Assembly: GCF_020745735.1 (NCBI RefSeq)
Contig: NC_083417.1
Location: 63,426,001 to 63,490,000, forward strand
Source: Hemiscyllium ocellatum
Lineage: Eukaryota
Direction: 5' to 3'
DNA length: 64,000 bases
The notes beneath the pieces were generated by a model, which ran no database searches, was not told the origin of the DNA, and saw nothing but the letters and a program-made list of their open reading frames with translations. Both the position numbers and the translations under genes were made by a program. Of the stretch, positions 26,150-38,205 are shown one piece after another. Each line of letters opens with the position of its first letter. The first letter of the stretch is position 1.

Positions 26150-27745
26150 AAGGTAGTTTATGCTTAGTATAATTTACTCGCCTTATAGATGTAGGTTTGC
26201 TCGCTGAGCTGCAAGGTTCAGTTGTAGACATTTCATCACCATACTGGGTAACATCTTCAGTGAGGCTCTGGACGAAATAATGCTGTTTTTTTCTGCTTTC
26301 TCTTAAATGTTTGGGTTTCCTTGAGCTGTTAATGTGGTTTCCTGTGGTTATGTCATTTCCTATGGTGATGTCCTTTCCTGTTATTATTGTCACGGGATGG
26401 TAAATGGGATCGAAGTCAATGTGTTTGTTGGTCGCGTTCTAGTTGGAATGGCATGCTTCTAGGAATTCTCGTGCATGTCTCTGTTTGGCTTGTCCTAGGA
26501 TGGATGTGTTTTCCCAATCGAAGTGGTGTCCTCTTTTATCTCTATGCAAGGAAACTCGTGAGAGAGAGTCAGGTCGTTTTGTGGCTAATTGATGTTCATG
26601 TATTCTGATAGCAAGTTTTCTGTCTATTTTGTCCAATATAGTGTTTGTTACAGTTCTTGCACGATATTTTGTAAATAACATCAGTTCTGCATGTTGCCTG
26701 TATAGGCTCTTTCAAGTTCATTAGTTGCTTTTTTAGTGTGTTGATGGATTTGTGGGCTACCATGATGCCAAGGGGTCTGAGTAGTCTGGCTGTCATTTCT
26801 GAGATGTCTTTGATGTAGGGGAGAGTGGCTAGGGTTTCTGGACGGGTTTTGTCTGCTTGCTTTGGTTTGTTGCTGAGAATTCGGTTGACTATATTCATTG
26901 AGTACCCATTCTTTTTGAATACACTGTATCGGTGATTTCCCTCTCCTTGTGTAGTTCTTCTGTGCTGCAGTGTGTGGTGGCTCGTTAAAATAACGTTCTG
27001 ATGCAGTTTCGTTTGTGGATGTTATGATGAATACTTCTGTAGTTCAAGATTTGGTCCATCTGTGTTGTCTTCCTGTAGACACTGGTTTGTAGTTCCCCAT
27101 TGGCTGTTCGCTCTACTGTGACATCTAGCAAGGGCAGTTTGTTTCTGTTTTCCTCCTCTTTTATGAATTTTATGCCAGTAAGGTATTACTGATGGTTTGA
27201 AGGTTTCCTCTAATCTGTTTCATTTAGTGATGACAAAAGTGTCAACCGCATAGCGGACACATAGATTAGATTGGATGGTTAGCTGAGCTGTTTGTTTGAG
27301 TCTCTGCTTTACTGTGTCTGTTAAGAATCCTTATATCAGCGATTCCATGTGTATTGCATTGGCTTGTACAAAGGTTTTGTTGTTGAAGGTGAAGTGGATG
27401 GGACCACTTCGACTGGGACAGCAGATACATCCTAGGACAAGCCAAAGAGCCACACACATGAGATTTCTGAAAGCATGGCATTCCAACTGGAAACTATCAA
27501 CAAACACATTGACTTGGACGCCATTTACCACTGCCAGAGAAAAATCACCATAGGAAATGATGTCACAACGGGAAGTGGCATCACCAACCCAAGGAAACCC
27601 AAAAATACAAATAGAAACACGAGCAGTGCTTTGTCCCGAGTCTCTCAGAGGATGTTACGGTGATGAAACGCCCAAAAATGAACCTTCCAGCTCAGTGAGG
27701 AAACCTACATCCAGAACGTCAACCTGAGCTACAAATCTTCTCAAA
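26150..27745 (-). mobile_element. Penelope-like element (RT C-terminus, GIY-YIG) with an inverted pLTR
   Basis: TLPYIKDISEMTARLLRPLGI...DVIYKISCKNCNKHYIGQ GIY-YIG and EHQLATKR..SLS motifs. About 26185-26527 is repeated in inverted orientation at about 27398-27712. Confidence 0.9.
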
Positions 27746-28267
27746 TCTTGTTTACTTGCCTAATGTTTTATGGCCCACTTGTCCTCCCGCCTTGAAGATA
27801 TTGTGAACACACCACAGACTTTCAATTAAATAACTCTTCTCTTTGCAATCACTAAGATTTGAATCATTTCTTCTGCTTGCCCAGTAAAAACAACATTTCG
27901 GGCATTAGGGACAAGGCAGGACTATTGACCATCCCTAATTATCCTTGAGAGAATGCTTATAATTATGTGGAGTAGGAAAGCCAACAGCTCTTGTGATAGT
28001 CTAGTCAATGTGTTTAGAGATGTTATGATACACTGCTGGAGCCTGTGTTTCGACTAGGTCTGTAGGCTCAGACACAAACAATGCACCCCAAGAACCATGA
28101 AGTGGCAGGTGTCAGTCGAAAATGCATGATGACTTTAAATTTTAACGAATTCAGGATAGAGTTCTGGAAATTGCACTGATAATTAGTCCATTATAAACAC
28201 CAATCATACCTGTGAGATGTTTCATATTGCAAAAGGCAAAATTCCTCTGGCTTTTGACTTGATCTTA

Positions 28268-28407
28268 TGCAGGTCAGGCAGCATCCAAGGAAAATCGACG
28301 TTTTGGGCATGAGCCCTTCTTCAGGAATCTCATGCCCGAAACGTCGTTCTCCTGCTCCTTGGATGCTGCCTGACCTGCTGCACTGTTCCAGCAACACATT
28401 TTCAGCT
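28268..28407. repeat. Family 1 palindromic element
   Basis: gcaggtcaggcagcatccaagg...gggcat / atgcccgaaacgtcg...ttggatgctgcctgacctgc arms. No TSD seen. Confidence 0.8.
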
Positions 28408-28654
28408 CAATTGTTTCCTCTCATTTAACCTAATTAGTTGACAAGTTTTTCACATCTAAGCATGGCAGTGTTATCCCTGTGTAGACTTACAATAAATATC
28501 TTCTGAAGGAGTTAAAGAGAGATATCACTGGAACAGAGATAAATGTTCACACACGGGGGCAATTGAGTGTGGAAATTTTTTGTTGTACTTCCTGCGTCTG
28601 CATTACAGTGTACTATACATTATTGTTTTCCAGAGGCTTCTGATTATGCAGTTT

Positions 28655-28673
28655 CCCCCCCCCCCCCCCCCCC
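28655..28673. repeat. Poly-C tract (19 nt)
   Basis: Direct count. Confidence 0.95.
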
Positions 28674-31600
28674 GAAGCTATACAATGTTTTCTAATGGAA
28701 GAACCGTGGACTGAAGCATTTTTAATACTATCATGGGTTTTATCGTTACCATCGTGTGAGATAAACGATGAGCTCATTGAATCGTGGATTGGACTTGATT
28801 GTCTGAATGGCCTGGTCTTATACTCTCAATAGGATGATATGCCATAAAAAAGAGGATAGCCTGCTCATTTCACAATGTGGGCTCTCCATTTACACAACTA
28901 GCTGCTCACAGCTTATGTTTTTATCTCTACCCTGAGATAATTATAGAATTTCCATTGGAATGCCACATATGCATCTTCCTCCAACACACTCTGAGGCAGT
29001 GTTCTCCAGATCCTAACCAAGCATATAATTTCACGTTTTAGATATATCAGATATATCACTCTAATGTTTCTATCTCAAAATTAATTTATAATGTCCATGA
29101 TCCTTTATGCCTATCAGCCAATGACATCTTTAATGATTGTGCATCTGTTTGCACCCCATTTATACTTCTGAACTTCCTTTAATATTTTAATTTCTTCCTT
29201 TAGAAATCAAAACATATTGCTTGGCAATTATCTACATTAGAGGAGACAGTAGTGATTGATATTACCACTGAATTCTTCACCTTGAGAACTGGATCAATAC
29301 TTTTGGACAGTAGCAGTCATGAGTGATGGCGTATTCAATTTAAATTCAATCTGGAATTAAAAGCCAGTCAAATGGAGCGATTTCCAGTTGTTGTAAATAC
29401 GCATGTGCTTCACCATTCCATTTTGGAAAGGAAAATCTCCCACACTGGCCTGGCTTCCAATAATATGGCTGATTCCCCTAAATACCTTTGCTTGGTTTTT
29501 GAACTGGTTTTGCTAGTCACTTTTTTTTTATCTCGCCACTGTAAACTCTGACAAAAGGTAAGAAATAGATGAACCAACGGACATCAACATAGTTACCAAA
29601 ACAACAAGACAATGACAACCTTACCACTGTACATCCACTACAAAGCCTTCCTTACATAGTTTCTTGAACAAAAATTGGGAGATCTTACCCACTGATTAGT
29701 CAAGCAGCACACTGAAATACGGATTCACTTAGAATCATGTTTTATGGGTTCCAGACAGCATCTTACCCTATTTCTGTACCTGGCTTACCTGAGCAGAGAT
29801 AGTGGTACACTGATATACATTTGGGAGGGAATCCTCAACATTGATACTGCACACCATGAAGATTCAAATTATCACGTTACACGTAGGTAAGGAAACTTTG
29901 TAATGGTTTTGAACTTCCACCTGCCACTCCTGTCTGCAGAAAAATCAGTTGCTCTCTGTGTTACATGTTTTTAAGTGTGTGCACTGGGACATAGCCTACA
30001 CTTTGGGTAAGGGATTTCAATTTCTATCATCAAGAGTGGTCTTACCAGGCCACATGGCTGCCTTGTCATGACAGATGGATGACTGGTGGTCGTTTAACCT
30101 GACAATCCACACACCTCAGGCGAAGAGGTAGTTTGTGAAGGCCACTCTTCCATGGTAACCTCAGTTGATGTAGGAATTGAACGCCCATGCAGTTACCATG
30201 ACTGTATCGCAAACTAAACAACGTTCGTTGGTTTGTTACTGTAAATGAGAAAGATGTCCTCATCGCTTGGCTGGAAGAATCTATCAAGCGTATGGCCATG
30301 ACCTGAGAAATTAAATAAAGAGTATTGCATCCCAAATATCTGACAAATGGGAGATTCCTTGCTCACTCAAAACAATCTCAAAGCACTGATTTCCAATAAA
30401 TTGTCAACAGCAACTTTCGAGTCTCGTCTCGGTCTGAAAATAATGACTTAGGTCAAAAGCATAGACATTTATCCCCGACCTCACCTAATTTATTCAACTG
30501 TATGCAGGACATTGTGAGTGTGAACATATTTAGGATTGGGAGCTCCAAGTCCACCACGATCTCAAGCAGAAATTACTGGAACAGCAATTAGGATTAATAA
30601 TCCTGCTCATTTCCCTTTTCCCGATCCAGGGCTGTCCTTGATACACTATTTTAACTCATGTATGTTGTGAAGTACTGGACTCCTACTCACAGTTACAGCT
30701 GTTAATTCAGCAGTCTGAAAAAAACAGCAAATATTATTCACCATGCTGCTTGTTGACATTTCCAGATGGAAGCGCGAAGAGAAGGGGAATAAAGGAATCG
30801 ATATTTTGCTAATATAAATTAAAAGAAAAAAGTAGTAATAGCCGAGGAAACAAAGACAATATTACCTAGAGAAATCCACGATCTGGCAACATCTATGGGA
30901 ATAAAGTAGATCTAATGTTTTGATTCCAGGGACACTTCAAAACTCCAACAAATAGATTTGGCAGTTTTGTACTTTCCAAATCCTCTCTGAGTTCTGCTGG
31001 TTTTGTTACAAACCTGGAAGTGCGTGTCATTCAGGGTTTGGTTCGTTATCGCCGTCCAGTTGAACTAATCACATTTTGAACAATGGTAACAAAAGGGCAG
31101 GGCTGGTTTGTACCCTCGTACAAACCGTCTTTTCAGTAGCTTCTAGGTCTTTTGCCAATCGGCTTCCGAATTTTTTATTTGTTTTCCCACCCTTCTGTAG
31201 CTGGGCATAGTTTTCTTAAACTTGCCTTTTAAATCTGTTGTGAACTCTGAACTCCAGCATCGATTTGCCTCATCATCAATTGTAACGAGAAAAGCTTTAT
31301 CTTCCTCAGTCTCTCAACATAGCTGAATCCTGCAACCTCGTTTTCATTCCAGTAAACATCTTCTACGATATTTCCATGTTCGTAAAACTCTCCCTAAACA
31401 GTGGTGGCAGATTTCACCACAACACCAGCTGCGACCTAACTATTCGAAACAAAGGTTTAGTGCAATTTTCTTGCTTTATCCACCATCTCTCTATTAATAA
31501 TCTGGAGAATCTGCGATGCTTTTTAACCTTTTCCTTTATCCCTCCATCCTAAAAAAGTGTGTAGATATTTCATTGAAATCTTCTATCTTCTTGCAGTAGC

Positions 31601-31887
31601 AAAATTCGAGTAATTCCATTATTTCAAATTTTCTTCATAGTTTCATCTTTCGGAGGGTGAGTACAGATTGCAGTTCTTTCAGAAGCATAATTGCAGAAAC
31701 CCTGATATCTGAACTAATTAACAACACTTCTGCCAGACCTAGGGCCGTACTTGGATAACAACATGAATATATGTTCTTGCTTTTGCGAGGTGTATTATGA
31801 TGCAATGAAGTTGAGATTATTCTATTCTGAAGAAGCGACTTTGCAGTGACAATTTGGTCATGAAGAATGATTGTGTATCTCAAACAG

Positions 31888-31947
31888 CCCCGCCCCACTC
31901 CTCAAAGTACCCCAGCTAATAGCCAGCAATGCGCCCTATACACCAAT
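31888..31947 (+). promoter_or_regulatory. Possible promoter remnant (GC box plus CCAAT) at the 5' end of a CpG-richer block
   Basis: ccccgcccc at 31888-31896 and ccaat at 31943-31947, about 50-100 nt before the ATG at 31994. Confidence 0.3.
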
Positions 31948-31993
31948 TAGTTGTCACTCGGGCTTTTTAATCAAATAAAATCGAAAGAGCCGC

Positions 31994-34900
31994 ATGATGT
32001 TTATCCCTGGAACAGAGCCAAAATGCCGGGCTGTAATGCTGCTTGACGGTATCTGCTACAGCTGCTGCAAAACTTATGGTGCTCGGGCTGAACACGGAAG
32101 ATATCTGTGTCAGAAAGTGGAAGGGCGCTCGCCAAGCTGTTTCAGCGCACACACAACAGTGGTGTTCATTCAACAAATTGTAAGGTAGCCTGTTTACAAA
32201 AAAAAGTCGAGTGAAATTAAATCTCGGCAATTAACATTCCATCAGCTTTCTTCTTATCTTCATCAGAGAGCTGAAAGTTATCATCGACATTACTATCAGG
32301 CGAAACTTGTACAACGATAATCTGCTCAAAAAGGTTTTATTTGAGTTTCACCAAATTTACTCGACCTCTGAGGACATGACAATCATGGCCCAAGCATCGT
32401 CAAAGAGCCAGAGGTAAGATAAGAGTTACTTCCCTTGACGCAAAGACAGCTATTGACCAGATATGGTCTCAAATGAAGCCTAGAAAACATAGTCAATGGG
32501 AATCAGATATTATGGAATGGGGATAGAGGTAGAAATAACTCTCCAATAACTCTAGAGTTATATCTGGAACAGGGAAGATACTTTTTTTTGGCTGTCAATC
32601 ATTTAAGAGCTGAGGGCATTACTGCAGAATAACAGGAGGGCGGTGTACTGTCCCAACCATCTCACCTCCTTCTTAATGATCTTCCCTGCAGCATAATTAA
32701 AAGGTGCATGCGTTTACCGATGATTATACAATCTTCATTACTGATCGCAATTCCTCAGAAGCTGAATTAGGACATGTTCAGACACAGAAAACGAAAATGC
32801 CACTGGGCTGATAAGTGGGAGCAACATACACACCACGGAATTGCGGTCTGATTCACTAATGTCCATCAAGAAAGAAATCTGTTTTCGTTATCTGCTCTGG
32901 CATACACGTAACTGCAGACACACAGAAATGTGGTTTACTCTTAATTGTCCTTCGGAATAGGCAATATTTGCTTGTTTGTTTTGACAACAGTCAAGAATGT
33001 TTGCATGGTTTACGTTGGGATACTTCTAATTCCAGATTTGTATCAGCCTCTAACATGCAATTGAGGGACAACGGTCACAAATGAAAAAAAAATGTGTAGC
33101 ATGTTTTCTGTGATGAAAATAGATAGATCAATTGGAACAAAGAGTTCATTTATTGCTTCTCTCGTTCCACCTCACATCTTTGTTCATCTAATTCTGTCAT
33201 TTTAACTTACGTCCAGCCTCTAGTTAAATGGATCTAAACTACTTAGTGCAGCCATTTCGCCTGAGTTCCATTCTTCCAACAAGTGAAAAGAGGATGTGGT
33301 GAAAGAGCAATACAAATCGGAGGGAGGAAGATTTGGTAGCGGCCCAGTCATATGCAAGGAGTTTTCATTTTGGAGAGAAAACAACTTTAGCGCTACCTGT
33401 TGACGATTGGGCGGCAGACTATGAGACCGCGTGAAGTAATTAGCTTATATTCTATTCAACGTTTTCTGTATGTTGTACAAAATCGTGAATTTACACAATA
33501 ATATAGAATCATCTAAATCCGACAGTGAGGCAGTAAAGCATTCTTCCTGTTGGAGTTCATTTTTCAGGGTGACCGTACTGGGACTTTGTTAAACATAGAG
33601 CTGGCAGAACGCATTTCGAGAAGGTTGTTTGGCAGGTATAGGGCTTGAAATACATTTTTTAAAAAATCGCTCATTTTAATTCGATCGAGAAAATTGAAGT
33701 ATTGGTGAACTTGCACGCTGTTACACGGGCTCAACCTCTAACCACAAGTTTTTCCATTCTCTTCAATCATAAGGAACGTTTATTTTTAAAAACAATTTGC
33801 AAACTTTCAAACTTGAGCAGCGATAATCGCGCATCAGAAACATTAATCGAAAATAGATGCCTGGATGGTCTGAACTCTCCATCAACGTAGAATGCGTCAC
33901 AAATAATCGTAGCATTTAGATTAGGAGCAAGTCACAGCCGGGGCACTCACATATATCAGCAGAACCACAGAGTCGCACGCACACGGCACGTCACTTTTAT
34001 ATAGCGCCTGCAATCTAATAAATTATCAAGGCAATTGACGGGGAACATTACAGACTGGGCAAAGTGATTTATTGGTGAAAATGGCATGGGCAAAGAGGCA
34101 GGTTTTAAATTGAGAGACAAAAACAGACTTAGTTCAGGATCAGTCACCAGAGATGAGCGACCGTGTAGTTCAAGTATGACCGCCAAAGGCGGAATGCAGA
34201 AAACTCGACTTGAACAAGAGATCAGAATTGTAACAGAGACAATGTCCTCGATTGGAGGAATTTAAACCATTAAGGATATTTCAAAAGAAAGATGTTACAG
34301 ATTGCGAAGGCAAAGTGGCTCAATGAATAGGAAACAATGAATGAATTAGACGGCGACGGTGACACAATATAGCATAAACTAAAAATCAAACACATAAAAA
34401 TGAGGGTGCAGTCACAAAACTGGTGCGCCACAAATTCAGAAATGCCTACAAATAAAAAAGAGTTATTTTTATAATCACTGTAATGAAGATGTTCCAAAGC
34501 ACTTTTAAGCAAATCAGGTAAATTTTTCACCTATCAAGATCAGGTGAGCTTTTGCCGTCTACTCCACTGGGTGTTTCTGTTCTCCGGAGCTCACCGTTGT
34601 ATGCCAGCCGTTGATCAGATGGTAGCACACTACTCCTGATTGAGGAGACGTTTGGCAAGATCTACAAGACTAGAGCAGCAGATGTTTCGGTTGATATTCC
34701 AGTGCTAGACTGAACAAATTCAGCAAGTACTGTTGTCTGAGGAGCTGTTTTTTCGGATGCAATGTCAAACTAAGTTCTCGATCACCTCTTGGGTGAATTT
34801 CTGGGAGAATGTGAAGGCTCTGATGACACTACTTTGAAGTATAGTTCAGAAGTTAACCCGAGTATCTTCAACTCTTACCATTTACTCAGCACCACATGAG

Positions 34901-36080
34901 CAAAGGTTTACCTGGTTATTACTTGCTTGCTAATTTGGGAAGGTTGCAGCGCTCGAATTCGCTGTGGTGCTTCCTACCTCACAACTGGGACAGAACTAAT
35001 AAAAACAATACCTGTATTTAAAAAAAGTTAGCTGTAACACGGGGTGTCTACCAACACCCTCGAGGTTTTCGCAGAAAGGTAGACACCAGGGCATGGAGTG
35101 TTTATTCCCCCCACCGACTCTATTTTGATTTTGTCCCAGCCTTCCCCTTTCACGTTTTGATCACGCAACGTTGCCCTTTGATGAGAAGTGCACTACTTGT
35201 AACTGGCCACTCTGGTGTTTCCTTTCTTCCTGTTGGTGGAAAATGAATAAAGATTTATACACCTGTTGTCTTTCACTGTGTCTCACACCTGCATACATAC
35301 AACATGGGTGTTGCGGGGCAGGAGGTAAAAAAGAGAGAGAGAAAAAAACAGGAATGTCAGACACCCTGTCAATCTGAGAGCTGTCTAAAGAAATGTTACC
35401 TGTAGTCACTTTGGGAAGTTCAGTGATTCTGAAAAGAGCTATATGATTTTTTTTTCTGTAACCAAGCATTAGCCCAATGTCAAGGAGGTTGGCATTTCAC
35501 TGTCAGGTAGTAAATTCGAAAGTTTCCTTTGGCCGTTATGTCTCCTGGAATACCGTGTGGTCTGGTTATTTCCGCAAAACTGGAAAATCATTTAAATGTC
35601 TCACTGAATGGTAAAGCGCTGTTTCCTTGTGAGATCGTATTGGTCTGTGGATGTCCCCGGTGTACATGTATGCGATATCTTGCCTCATTCTTTACTTCAT
35701 AATGAATGGCATTACATTCAATTTGTGAATTACGGTTTGTCTATGAAAGGAAAATCACTGATTTATTGCAAAACAATGATGTATTGTGGTCATAATCGTC
35801 TGTCGAATCTTTAATAAATAAACATGTCCAAAATTATTTTAAAAACCAGTAAATGAAGTTGACTTTGACTCTCCGCTATGTAATGATAAGCACTGGAAAA
35901 CAATTTTAACTGTGAAGTTGGCTCCTAGGCGTGGTATTTAGTAGAATTCCACTTCCAGTTTCCGCGTTATCCTTCCGCTTGCCAGGCATTTCGTGATCTT
36001 TGGGGTAAAGCTGTGCTGTTCTGCACAGGATATTTGTCGAAGTGGGTCGACGGGACATTCATTCAATCAAGTCAATCTCC
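31994..36080 (+). pseudogene. Second decayed USP16/USP45-like pseudogene (relic B)
   Basis: Collinear remnants: TEPKCRAV and ICYSCCKT...YLCQK.EGRS (32012-32125); splice-bounded open exon 32267-32413 (KVIIDIT...KKVL); KELF (about 34457); YQD..ELL (34531-34555); VLDHLLGE...CEGS...NPSIFNS (34774-34880); KTILTVKLAP (about 35897-35926); AVLH/SGSTGH (36010-36058). Confidence 0.5.
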
Positions 36081-36899
36081 AGATGAATAGGTCAAAATAT
36101 GAAAGAAACAGAAACAGAAATTTTGGGAAAAAACACAGCAGGTCTGGCAGTATTTGTGGTTAATAAAATGAATTAACGATTCGTGTCAGTGAATCTTCTT
36201 TAGAACTGAAATTATTTTATGTTTTACATATTTGTTATTCTAGAAGTAAGATATTTAACCTTACTTGTGAATATATCCTGGCAAATAATGTAGCTGATTA
36301 ATATTTGAGCTTGAATTTTATTGGATGTTTTGATATGTACAACAGTAAATATGCATGCCACTTGCAGAAAGAACAATCTGCAAACCATGAAACTTCAAAA
36401 TGAAAAGCAATACTAAATGCGTACAACTTGGCCTTCAAGGTATAAATGAAGATTTTATTGTCAGAATAAAGACAACCTAGTCAGGCATATTTAGAATTTG
36501 CAAGGGTAAAGTGGTCTTAATCTTTGAAGTTAAGGAAAAATTTTGAGAACATGAGGGAAATCATAATTATGCAAGAATTCCAAAGCTAATATCAGCACTT
36601 AAGACTGATTTGGAAGAGCATCAAGTATCCAATATCAGTGCGCAGATGCACATTTACTCGGCAAAAGTGTGATGGGTGGAATTGGACCATGATTAAATGA
36701 ATCGAATCACACGTATTGTAGCTGATCAGTAAATTGAAATGATACAGTGCCGATGTGAAACGAGTATGAAAATCAAAGTTTGTAGCAGTCGTTTGAGATG
36801 TGCCTTTCGCGTGGGAAAAGTGTGTTTCCTTGCGTATGCATGAGGCTTTTAAGTGCCTCTGTCGGGTTTTGTCGGTTGCAGTGAATAAAACATTCCACA

Positions 36900-38170
36900 C
36901 ATTGCAGCAGGGGAACTCAGTCCCAAATGGTTCACAACATGCAGTGTGTGGGAAAACTTGGGTGCTCCTGCCAATCTCGATGACGGCAGCTGATCAGCTT
37001 GAGCATTAGACTTTGGAGCGTAAGCATCAGCTGGAGACATAACACCCATTCACAAGTTTGAGAGTTATACGGATAGAAATGGTTACACCAAAGACTAAAA
37101 ACATGCAGTCAGGGAGGGAATGGATGCTCATCATGCAGAAGTAGGCTGGTAGATCAGGAAATCCCCAGAACATATCTTACTCAAGATTACATTTTTTGTG
37201 TTGAAAACGGTGAGAGTGCAATGAAAGCCAAGGTGCATAAGGAAAGAATGAGTGAGAGAGAGAGAGAGTACAATAGCAGTAGGAGATTGAATCATTAGAG
37301 CTACAGACAAGCAATTTCTCCACTCATGGAGTGATTCCATGATGATGTGTTACCTTTTTGTACGCAGGGCTAACACTGTCACTTGAACTACAACAGGACC
37401 AACATACGTGGTTTGCTAGTATGACTGATGGGTATTTACAAAAATGTGCTCGGGAGATGGGATATAGAGAGGAGGTACATAGGGGGATGTCCAGACAGGT
37501 ATAGAACAATAATTAAATCCGTCCAGAAAGCAAATATAATCAAGTACATGTACATGGAACCGTGGGAGGCCTGAATGTCATTTATTTTGATGCAATGACT
37601 GTAAGGCAGCCATGTTGATTGTGTAGATTAAAGCATGAGGACATGGCTATAATGGAGATATTGCTGAGAGAAGGGTGGGTTGACTATTCAATATTCTTTA
37701 AAGAATCTTTAAACAAGATAGCGGAAGAAAGGAGGTAGAATTGCAACATTCCAATATTTTAATAAGGAGGAATGATGCCTGAGAATGGTAGTTAAATGTG
37801 TCCATATAGCTGATAAGTAAAAAACAAATGTGTTCAAATAGGAGGTACTTAGATAAAAGGGGTAAATTTCTTTGGATGTACGATAAACCCGAATCAATCA
37901 AGGAGAAATAGAAAGTCAAATATGCAGGCAAATCTCACATAACTGCCAAACTGTTTTTGGAATTATTAGGAGGGCACTTCTACTTCGGCAGAAATTAACT
38001 GGGGTAGAGAAAAGGCTGAGAGCACGTGGATATCTTAAAATGTGTTCATGAGAGCTTTTCAAGCCAACACATACAGGGTTGGGATGGGGCAGCTGCTGCT
38101 GGCTTGTTTCACTTAACATTCGGGGACAAAGCTAGACAGTGGGACAGCAGCATTTTAGTGATCATGACCA
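36900..38170 (+). mobile_element. Old CR1 copy (ORF1/EN remnants); its RT part appears to resume at about 41578-41960
   Basis: Degenerate endonuclease-region sequence left of the young CR1, and EDWR..LFKKG..DKPGNF remnants right of it. Confidence 0.5.
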
Positions 38171-38205
38171 ACATTTAGTAAGAATTAAATAAATTAATTA
38201 ATTTA

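Noticed and set aside
35043-35087. 10-bp inverted repeat ggtgtctacc/ggtagacacc
   Set aside because: About one or two such pairs are expected by chance in 64 kb.
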